From: Salpingoeca rosetta
Taxonomy: Eukaryota; Protista; Choanoflagellata
Direction: 5' to 3'
Assembly (NCBI GenBank): GCA_033442325.1
Contig: JAWQFM010000010.1
Coordinates: forward strand, 817,727 to 881,726
Length of the DNA: 64,000 bases
The notes beneath the pieces were generated by a model. The model had not been told where the DNA came from, did not search any database, and saw only the letters and a list, made by a program, of their open reading frames with translations. Positions 47,038 to 64,000 of the stretch are shown piece after piece (the first letter of the stretch is position 1; every line of letters starts with the position of its first letter). Made by a program: the position numbers and the translations under genes.

Positions 47038-48228
47038 TCGATAGTTTGGGGGGAGGAACAGATGAGATGCACATGATCGGAGATGGCCGGACAGGGTGAA
47101 GTATCGTGATATGTGGGGACTTGGATGTGGTGGTGGTTCGGATGAATGGTGTGGTGTGCGCGTCCTCCTTGGTTGACGGTGTGTTCATCACCCTGCTCTT
47201 TGCTGCTCCTGTGAGCTGCGGGCGGCGACGATGCCAGCGCCGTTCCGGTTCCCACTGCTGGCTGGGGATGCGTTTTTGCTTCGCTTCTTGTGGTGTTTGA
47301 CTTTTGTTTTGTTTTGTTGCTTTGTTGCTTTGAAGTTGACCGCGTATTTGGCTCTTTTTCGTTTGAGTCCAGTCGTTACCCTTTTCATATCTGCACAGGC
47401 AGCCATGATCACCTGTGCGTGCACACTGTTCAAGCACCTGTCTCATCGCATCACCCACTCACCCCACGCACACACACGAACAGATGCCATTGCCATGCTA
47501 CTCTGCTCTCTCCTTTCCTTTGCTGCTTCTTGTGTTGGTAATTGCTCACATTTCGTTGACCGCGTCGCTGTCAGCGCAGTTTTCCTTGCGGTGCCTTTCT
47601 TTCTGTTTCAACTGGCTGGCTGCTGTGTGCATGGTGTTGCGCTGTCGTGACTTGGTGTCGTGCTGCCGGCTGTGTTTGTGTGTTACTGTTGCGCGTCAGC
47701 CCCTTGTCCACTCAAATCATACAATAGGATCTCCGTTTTGCTTTTATTGCATTGAATAAGGTGCAACAGCCAACAACACGCTCGTAGTGCACAGGAAAAA
47801 CGAACAGCAACTTGCACAACAAACAGCACAGAACAGAAAGACAGAGATAAGCAGTGGGGTGGGGTGGGGGGGGGGGGGTCACAGCAAGCAGCCGGGCGTA
47901 CAACGCCCTTGGATAACGAGAGCCAAGCAACGACAAAGAAAGGTCAAAGAAGCACGCACCACCTGTGACATGACGGTGTGATGCGATGTGACTTGAGCAA
48001 CCGACACACAACACGGTTCGAGAGCGGCGACAAGAAGCAACAGCGCAGGGGCTGTGTCCCATTACACGCCATCATGCACAACAGCAACAGCAACAGCAGC
48101 GACAAAAAAAGCACATTCACTCTCACACATAAACAACACATTCACTCTCACACATAAACAACACATTCACTCTCACGTACACACATCCACGTACAAACAT
48201 AACCAAAGCATCAATGCTCGAGCTATGA

Positions 48229-48540
48229 CTACTGGCACTTCCAGACCAGGACAGCCAGGTTTCCACCAAAGAACATGTACATCATGTTTGATGTTTGGTG
48301 GGTGATCTCGAAGCCAAATGCCTCGCCGATGATCACGTTCCTGGGAGCAGGCACACAGGGTGTTTGCAGGGGCGATTTCGTTTGAGCATTGGTTGCATTC
48401 TCACTCTTGACTGCACTCTTGACTGCACTCTTGACTGCACTCTTGACTGCAACCCAAACCACAACTCACGCGTGTGTCGACTCACCATGGGGCGCCAAAT
48501 TTCTTGTCCATAATGCCCTTGAGCATATTTGCCGCATCCT

Positions 48541-48614
<74 letters not shown>

Positions 48615-49016
48615 GGTCTTGTGAGGGGATAAACGTGTTTGTGTTGTGTTTGCGTGTATGTTGTTGTGCGTGTGTTTGTGCCTACACGCTTCTCGAGTAC
48701 AATGCAGTATAGATGCAGACGCCAAGGGAAGCAGTGACGTTGATGCAACACACATAGGCATACACACACACACACAGAGGCATACACACACAGAGAGGCA
48801 TACATACACACAACCACCGTACGACACGTGCCACCGGACCTCGTTGCTTTTGGAGTGCTTTTCAATCGCGGTTTGTGCGGATTCCGTGCATTCTGCCAAC
48901 ATCTCCTCGTTCATGTCTGTTTTCTGTGTTGGAGGAAAGCCGGAAGTGCCGATGAGCTTGGCGAGGAAGAAAGGAAGGTGCGAAGGAAGAACACGCACAC
49001 CACTCCTCGATGGATC

Positions 49017-49084
<68 letters not shown>

Positions 49085-49173
49085 AACAGAGCACCCACCA
49101 CGACGAGTGCGTAGTTGAAGTTTCGCCTGATGTCGACCTCCTCAGGCTTGCTGCCACCAGCATCGTCCCCCAT
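48229..49173 (-). CDS. DNAL4: Axonemal dynein light chain 4 (LC8 family)
   Basis: MGDDAGGSKPEEVDIRRNFNYALVV|KTDMNEEMLAECTESAQTAIEKHSKSNE|DAANMLKGIMDKKFGAPW|NVIIGEAFGFEITHQTSNMMYMFFGGNLAVLVWKCQ*; matches the recalled DNAL4 pattern (MDKKFGSSWHVVIGEGFGFEITHE...GGTLAVCVWKCS). Confidence 0.92.
48403..48450. repeat. 12-bp tandem repeat (CACTCTTGACTG) x4 in a DNAL4 intron
   Basis: Direct inspection. Confidence 0.9.
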
Positions 49174-49806
49174 CCTGCTGCACTGTGTTGGTTGTTGGTT
49201 GTTGGCCGGTTGGCAGGGATTTGCTTCAGAAAATGCTGACTCAGCGAGTCCCAGCTCTGCTACGCTTTATCATGCATTGTTGATGAATTTGCATCTTTCG
49301 CAAACAATCGATTCATTGCAAACAATCGACATCATTTTATTTTTTTCTTCCATCCAGTGCTGTATTGTGTTGGCGGCAAGCAGCACGAGTGTCTTCCCTT
49401 GTTGTTGGTTGCTTGTCGTTGTTGCCGCGCTTACTGGCCTTTTTCCCATTCACTCGCTCTCGGCCAACCAACCGTCGTCGTCTCCGCCTTTGTTGTTCAC
49501 GGTGTGTGTGTGTGTGTGTGGTGTGTGTGTGTGTGGATGTGTGTGTGTGCGCGAGGCTGCAGCCAACGCTGTCGTGGATGAAGGGAGGGAACATTGAGAG
49601 CGCACCTCGCCCCATATGTGTATGTCAGTGTGTGTCTCGACAGCGTTCCCTCCTTTTTGTGGCTATCTATCTGGGTGTCCTCCATCGCGATCGTCAGCAC
49701 ACGGCCCTCACGCACAACCCACTTTGCACCTTGTCTCTTGCTTGTCTTTTTGTCTGTGCCACAGAACAACTGCGACTTTCGTTCCCTTCCGACCAAAAAG
49801 CCAACC

Positions 49807-49960
49807 ATGTCTGATACCAAGGCCACAAACGTCACGGCTGTCAAGCACAACGTGACCCGCTCCAAGCGCGCCCAAATCCTCGGTGTCGATGTCAAGTTCC
49901 GTGGCTGCACCATCTGGTTCACTGGTGCGTTGCCGGAATTTGCGCAGCCCCATGTGTGGC

Positions 49961-50008
<48 letters not shown>

Positions 50009-52003
50009 ACGAACATGCATACGGATGCACCATCATGCGTGCATGCATGACTTCTCGCATCGCAGATCATCAACACACCACGACACCCCCACACATGTAC
50101 ATGCACACGTACATTCCTCTGCTTTGCTGTTCATCCTCTCACGTTCGCACGGCATATCATCTCTACCTCTTCCACTCCCTGCAATTCCCCCCCCCTTCTT
50201 TCTCCCCCTTCTTTCTCCTCCCCATGTCCCCTCTTCCTCCTTCGCCCTCCTTCCTCCTTGTTCTGCTTGCTACACACAGGTCTGTCTGGTGCTGGCAAGA
50301 CCACGCTGAGCTTCGCTGTGGAGGCTGAGCTCTGCCAGCGTGGCATCCCTTGCTACGGCCTCGATGGCGACAACATGCGCACGGGCCTGAACAAGAACCT
50401 GGGCTTCTCTCCCGAGGACCGCGCAGAGAACATCCGCCGTGTCGGCGAGGTGGCCAAGCTCTTCGCCGATGGCGGCATCATCGCCCTCGCCTCCTTCATC
50501 TCCCCCTTCCGCGCCGACCGCGACAGCTGCCGCAAGCTGCACGAGGACGCCGGCCTCAAGTTCATCGAGTGCTACGTCGGCACCCCGCTCGACGTGTGCG
50601 AGGCGCGCGACCCAAAGGGCCTCTACAAGAAGGCCCGCGCCGGCATCATCAAGGGCTTCACTGGCGTCGACGGCGTGTACGAGGCACCCGAGAAGCCGGA
50701 CATCACCGTCGGCACGCGCGGCGAGTCCGTCGCCGAGAACGTGCGCCAGGTGCTGGCTTACCTCGAGGAGGAGGGCATCATCCCCAACATGCACCCTGCC
50801 GCGGAGGAGCTGTTTGTGCCCGAGGCCGAGGTCGCCGCCAAGACGGAGGAGGCCGCCGCCCTGCCCAAGCTCAACATTGACAAGCTCACCACGCAGTGGC
50901 TGCAGGTGCTCTCCGAGGGCTGGGCCTCCCCCCTGCGCGGCTTCATGCGCGAGAAGGAGTTTCTGCAGACCATCCACTTCAACGCGCTGCGCAAGGCCGA
51001 CGGCAGCATGACCAACATGTCCGTGCCCATTGTGTGCCCGGCGACGACGGAGGAGAAGGAGCAGCTGAGCTCCGCCAAGGCCATCACCCTGGTGTACGAG
51101 GGCAAGGACCTGGCCATCATGCGCAACCCAGAGTTTTTCGAGGCGCGTAAGGAGGAGCGCTGCGCGCGCCAGTGGGGCACCACGGAGGCCGGCCACCCGT
51201 ACATTGCCCAGGTGATGGCTGCCGGCGACTGGCTTGTTGGCGGCGACCTGGAGGTGCTGCAGCGCATCAAGTGGAACGACGGCCTGGACCAGTACCGCCT
51301 CACCCCAAAGGAGCTCAAGGCCGAGTTTAAGCGCCGCAACGCGGACGCCGTCTACGCCTTCCAGCTGCGCAACCCCGTGCACAACGGCCACGCCCTGCTC
51401 ATGCAGGACACGCGCCGCCGCCTCATTGAGAAGGGCTTCCGCAACCCTGTGCTGCTGCTGCACCCGCTCGGCGGCTGGACCAAGGCCGACGACGTGCCGC
51501 TGCCCACGCGCATGAAGCAGCACGAGTGCGTGCTCAACGAGGGCGTGCTGCCGGAGGAGTCGACGGTGGTGGCCATCTTCCCCTCGCCCATGATGTATGC
51601 CGGCCCCACGGAGGTGCAGTGGCACGCCAAGGCCCGCATGAACGCCGGCGCCGACTTTTACATTGTTGGCCGCGACCCGGCCGGCATGAAGCACCCCGGC
51701 AAGGAGGACGAGAACCTGTACCACGCCGACCACGGCCGCGAGGTGCTGCAGATGGCGCCCGGCCTTGAGAGCCTCACCATCATCCCCTTCCGCGTCGCCG
51801 CCTACAACAAGCAGAAGGGCAAGATGGACTTTTTTGACCCGGCCAAGGCCGAGGACTTTGAGTTCATCTCCGGTTCCAAGATGCGCAAGCTTGCGCGCGA
51901 GGGGCAGAACCCACCAGACGGCTTCATGTGCCCCTCTGGCTGGAAGGTCGTCTCCACCTTTTACCAGGAGCGCGCCAAGCAGCAGGCCGCTGCCCAGAAG
52001 TAA
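49807..52003 (+). CDS. PAPSS: Bifunctional PAPS synthase (APS kinase + ATP sulfurylase)
   Basis: Exon 1 49807-49924 [10 protein letters not shown]...FRGCTIWFT|G, exon 2 50280-52003: [59 protein letters not shown] (HxxH), [16 protein letters not shown]. Kinase-first domain order as in animals. Confidence 0.98.
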
Positions 52004-52353
52004 AGAACTCCCCCGATCATCCATCCACTTTCAACAGCCTTCCTTTTGTGGATAGAAGGGAAGCAGACAAGACAGACACCAGCAGCCTTGATAGGCATGT
52101 CTTCTTTGTGTGTTGTGTTGTTCGGTGGTGTTGTGTCGTCATGTTTGTGGTGGATGTGGTTGATGTGGTCGTGTGGTTTGTTTGTTTTGTTGGCCGCTTT
52201 CGTTGTTTGTTATGTTAGACTCTTTCCCTTTCGCGCCCGCTTTGTTGGATGTCAATCTGGGCAACTGTCGTGTTCTTGCGACCCCATGTGTGCTGTTTGT
52301 TGTCGTTGTTAACATACAACTCGAGCACGCATGCCACGGAACAACGGGAGAGA

Positions 52354-52405
<52 letters not shown>

Positions 52406-53165
52406 GCAAGCACTCGGTAACAGCCACCCACTCCACGTTTGTTGTTGTTTGTGTATTTTTCTTTTCCATGTTTGAATTAATGTCACGGTGGGTACAAGCG
52501 CGTGCTTTGTGTGTGTGTGTGTGTGCATGTATGGTGCGTGTTTTCTGAACTGTAGGAAAGAGGAGCGGCAGGGGAAGAGAAGCGGTGGCAGGGATGGCAA
52601 GCCAATCAATACAAAGGGGCTGGACAGAGAGCGAACATCGCATCAAGCACAGCCCACTCGTGGCATCAGCCACCGCCACCACATGCATGTGTACATGAGC
52701 ACGCGCGCACACAGCACGGAATCCCCACAATTAAAGCTACATAATGGGGGAGAAAAAGCGGCAACAGAGGCAACAGAACCTGTAAGAGGATCCATCACAA
52801 TCACATCCACGTCGACTACTTCCACTTGTTCACGAGGAGATAAGACAAGCAGCCAAACAGGCGGGCAGAACCGATTAGAAGGCGGGGAAGAAGAGAAGAG
52901 AAGAGAAGAGAAGAGAAGAGAAGAGGGGGCGGGGCGAGGGAAGGAAACACATGGTGGAGATGAGAGGAGAAACGGGAGAAGAGGGGTTGCTGTGACACAA
53001 AACACCAGTCGGGGCAGCAATTGATCCGCCACAGAGAGGGGGGGGACTGTTACGTGAACAGCCATCGTTGCCCTTGTGCTGCGTCATAGATGGGAGTAAC
53101 TGAGCAAGCGTGGTCGGGTGCTGCTGCCATTGTTTGGTGCTGGCGCTGGGGCGGTGAGGAGCTTA

Positions 53166-54116
53166 TTAGCACACGCCTCGGCTGCGCACGTTTTCCTCGT
53201 AGTGGCGGCTGAGCTTCTCCTTGTACAAGGCCGGGTTTGACCACAGCTCTGCTGCGTGGCAGTTGAGCGGGCTGTCGACGTTGGGGTCTGCGAGCAAGCT
53301 CTGGATGGACAGCAGGACCGTGCGCACGTCGTACGAGGGCGACCACTTCTCCTTGAGAATGTCCAGGCAGATGTTGCCGTGCGTGTCCACGTTGGGGTGG
53401 AAGCATGGTGTGTCAAAGGTCACGGTTGGCGCGGTGTACGGGTAGTCTGTTGGGAACTTGATGGTCAGCTTGTACTTGAGATCTGCATAGCACTGTCCGT
53501 TGGATTGGGATGGGGGGAGGGAGGGAAGGCAGGAGGTCAGAAAGTGCAACGTGAGGGTTTGAATGGAGGTGAGGAGGAGAAAGGGAAGAGGGTGAGGAAG
53601 GAAGGAACAGAGCAAGAGACGTTGAGATACAGAGAGAGAGAGAGAGACAGCCACAGAGAGAGACAGCCACAGAGAGAAACAGAGACAGAGAGAGAGAGAG
53701 AGAGACAGAGAGAGAGAGACAGACAGAGACAGAGACAAAGACAGAGAGCCAGAGAGGCAGGCAGACACCATAGACAGAGAGTACTTACGGTGCCTTCAGC
53801 GCCCACGATGGTGGCCTTCCATTGGAAGAGGTTGTCGCCTTCAGGGAACGCCTTCATGGATGCATCCTTGGCCATCATGATGCCCATGAGCTCCTGTCGC
53901 AGCCTGCAGCAAAACAAACAAAACAGCACAGCACAAGTTGAAGCGAAGCGATGTGAAGAAAAGGCAGCAATACCAACAACAACACCAACGAATCTTGTGC
54001 ATACAGAGCACAGCCAGACAGACATACACACATACACACGCGCAGAGCACACACACAGACACACAACACACGCAACACACACACACACACCTCTTTGTGA
54101 CGCCTTGTCCAGACAT
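53166..54116 (-). CDS. UBE2C: Ubiquitin-conjugating enzyme E2 C (UbcH10-type, APC/C E2)
   Basis: MSGQGVTKR|LRQELMGIMMAKDASMKAFPEGDNLFQWKATIVGAEGT|CYADLKYKLTIKFPTDYPYTAPTVTFDTPCFHPNVDTHGNICLDILKEKWSPSYDVRTVLLSIQSLLADPNVDSPLN...*. Confidence 0.92.
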
Positions 54117-54478
54117 TGTGTGATTTGTTGTGGTAGGTGTGGTGGTTGCTCGATCAAGCCAAGGGCTGATGTGAACAGATGGTTTGCTGTCGTGTGAATC
54201 GCTGAGCGGTGGCGTGCCTCTGCTTCGGTAGTTGGTTTGGTTGGTGGAAAATGGTGTGCGGTGGTGGCGTGCGGGAACTGGCTGGGTGGCATGCAGCGGA
54301 GAGGGTATCTGCTTTGCTTGCTTGTCTGCTGTCTCTCGTCGCCAAAACACAAACACAACCGGAAGTTGTTGCTGTTGCTTGTGGCTGGCGCGGAAAATTT
54401 TGGGTCGGGCACATGGTTTTCCCGCTGCCATAGCCGTTCTTTTGTGCTGTCGCAAGCGGCGTTCTTTTGAATCACAAC
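54117..54478. promoter_or_regulatory. Putative bidirectional promoter between UBE2C and the NF-YB-like gene, with E2F-like (TTTTCCCGC 54417-54425; GGCGCGGAAAA 54387-54397) and CHR-like (TTTGAA 54466-54471) motifs
   Basis: 362 bp between divergent ATGs. The motifs are short, so chance occurrence is possible. Confidence 0.4.
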
Positions 54479-55815
54479 ATGAGCGGACTGCCGCCACCTT
54501 CCCACCACCACCACCACCACCATCCTCATCCGTATGGTGGCGGTGTTCATGATGAGGATGAGGACGAGGATGAGGATCTGTTGGAAGGGGCACCAGGTGC
54601 AGACGATCAACGCCACAACGTTCTTCAAGAAAGCCAAGTCAGCGAAGAAAGCAGAAAGAGGGAAGGGGGAGAGGGGTTGTTGTTGTTTGGACGACGACGA
54701 CGACGATGATGATGATGATGATGATGTGGGCTTGTCGGGCTTGTCTGTGTTGTCTGTTGAGTAAAGTTGCTGTTGCTTGGTTGTGATTGCTTGGTGGTTT
54801 GGTTCGTGCGTTGTTGCACTCACAAGCTTGTCTTGTGCATTTGACGTTTCCAGGATCGGCTGTTGCCACAGGGCAACGTGTATCGCATCATGAGGACCAC
54901 TGTCAACACAAAGGTGCGCGTTTGTGTGTTTGTATGTCTGTGTGTGTGCGTGTGTTTGTATGTCTGTGTGTGTTTGTGTGTGTGTCTGTTTGTGTGTTTG
55001 TTGGTGTGTGTTTGTGTGTTTGTTGGTGTGTGTTTGTGTGTTTGTGTGTGTGTGTTTGTGTGTTTGTGTGTCCGTTTGTGTGTGTCCCCCACTGCCTGGT
55101 CCCCCCCCCCCCACTGCCTGGTCCCCCCACTGCCTGGTTCCCCCACTGCCTGGTCCCCTCTCCCCTCTCCCTCCCGTTGGCAATGACAACTTCTGCGTTC
55201 AGGCCTGACGATTTTCCTGCTTTGTTGTACGTAATGTAACCTCACCACGCACCAACAGATTTCCGACTCGTCAAAGATTCTCATGCAGGAGTGCGCGTCA
55301 GAGTTTGTGAGGTGTGTGTGTGTGTGTGTGTGTGTGAATGATGATGTCGGGTCTGTTCGCTACTGGTGCTAACGTCGACGGCCATCACTCGACGTCCTTG
55401 CCTCATGTTCGTGTTCGTGTTCATGTGCATGTGAATGTGAATGTCTGTGACGGCAGCTTTGTCACGAGCGAGGCTGCAGACCGAGCAGAGAAGGAAGGCC
55501 GCAAGGTGCTCAGGTGCGAGGATCTTCTCGAGGCCATGAATGCGCTTGGCTTTGAACACATTGCAGAACCTTTGGCCGAGTATACCAAAGCTTGTCGACA
55601 GGTGTGTGTCTGTGTGTGTGCGTGTGTGCGCGTGTGTGTGCGTGGGTGAGAGAGAGAGTGTGTGTGTGTTTATGTACCTGCTTGAGTGAGAGTGCGTATG
55701 CGCGCACACACATGCTGCCTCTCAACTGTGCCTGCGTTTTGGCGTTTTCGTGATGCGCTTTTGCACAAGACGTGTGCGCCGTGTGACATAACCGCGACAC
55801 ACACACACACACACA

Positions 55816-55900
<85 letters not shown>

Positions 55901-55943
55901 CCCGTAGCTGCTGCCTCGGCATAATGTCGGTCATGTCATGTAA
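54479..55943 (+). CDS. NF-YB/HAP3-like histone-fold transcription factor subunit (divergent)
   Basis: [18 protein letters not shown]...DEDEDEDED...|[20 protein letters not shown]|[18 protein letters not shown]|[39 protein letters not shown]...; matches NF-YB (LPIANVARIMK...QECVSEFISFITSEA...EKRKTINGEDILFAMSTLGF). The last exon (55908-55943) is tentative. Confidence 0.85.
55086..55158. repeat. Short minisatellite (CCCCACTGCCTGGT with variable C-runs) x4 in an intron
   Basis: Direct inspection. Confidence 0.8.
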
Positions 55944-56744
55944 GTAAACGAAGCACCATCCAACCGCAACGACATCACATTCACACGCCACGAAATTTAA
56001 GTGCGATGACGAGTGCTCTTCCCACTCGTGGCGAAATGTAAAACCGCAGAAGCAATTAACGCAAGAGGGCCACCGTGATGATGGTTCAAGATGGTGGCAG
56101 CTTTCGCTGCTCTTCGTCGACGGCATGAGCCTGCCACACACGGCTGACCCTGGCATGGCCGTTTGCCTGCCGCCTGCCACACACTTCAGGGCAGTCCTCA
56201 CTTATTGTTATTCGTTTCGCTGCTTGCTTGGCGGAAGTTCGACACACAACGCCACACACAAACACCGATCAACGCAAGCAAGTGTCGCTTCTTGGCGATG
56301 CGTGATCATTGTCGGCAGCACCAAGAGCATCAACAACATCAACCTTTCGTCTGCATTGATGATGTCGGCAGTGGCAACATCGTGCGCCAACCTGAAGGTT
56401 CCAGAAAGGCACCCGTACGTCCACAAGCGCACAAGCGACCAACACCGCACGCGCACACACGCACACATGCACCTTGCTGACACGAGCTTCATGTCGCGCA
56501 GTCGCTTCACTCAAGATACAGAGCAACCACAAGACTGCAAACGCAACACACGTTCTCACAGGCTCCCTCCATCCTTTCTTTCCCTCCCCCATCCACTTTA
56601 CCACTTTTCTCTCACCAAGCCCTCGCCCCCCCCCCACCATCTCGGTCACTTACACACTGACTGACACCAATCCTCACCCAACGTCCTCACCCACCTCCTC
56701 TCCCCTGTTGACCCTGAACCCGCTGTGTGGGATTCGTTGAAGCA

Positions 56745-64000
<7,256 letters not shown>

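Noticed and set aside
49174-49806. RFX X-box upstream of the ciliary gene DNAL4
   Set aside because: Only a half-site-like GTTGCC (~49421) is visible, with no convincing full motif.
50270-52024. 584-aa minus-strand ORF
   Set aside because: Antisense mirror of PAPSS caused by extreme GC3 bias.

Overview
Eukaryotic genomic DNA with GT-AG introns rich in (CA/GT)n microsatellites, GC3-rich exons and one 100-N scaffold gap. The style and metazoan-like gene content suggest a choanoflagellate such as Salpingoeca rosetta (inference, not verified). The left 23.3 kb is one giant minus-strand gene that the ORF track misses because its last visible exon (18573 to <1, at least 6,190 codons) runs off the window without a stop. 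It encodes a signal peptide, about 9 Ig-like modules of ~100 aa on symmetric phase-1 exons, then about 45 tandem bacterial-Ig-like repeats of ~120-140 aa. The repeat array holds an inserted CBM-like domain, a WWWW loop and two recent, in-frame, order-swapped internal duplications that differ only at synonymous sites. The rest of the window carries, in order: CLP1 (-), UBE2J1 (+), SUCLG1 (-), a long MRP/ABCC transporter (+), a PKD-domain TMEM130-like type I membrane protein (+), DNAL4 (-), bifunctional PAPS synthase (+), UBE2C (-), an NF-YB-like histone-fold gene (+) and a SulP/SLC26-STAS-cNMP transporter (+, truncated at the right edge). Eight of these genes form four head-to-head pairs. No rRNA, tRNA, CRISPR array or recognisable transposon was found. 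All family assignments come from manual translation and recalled motifs; no database search was run.
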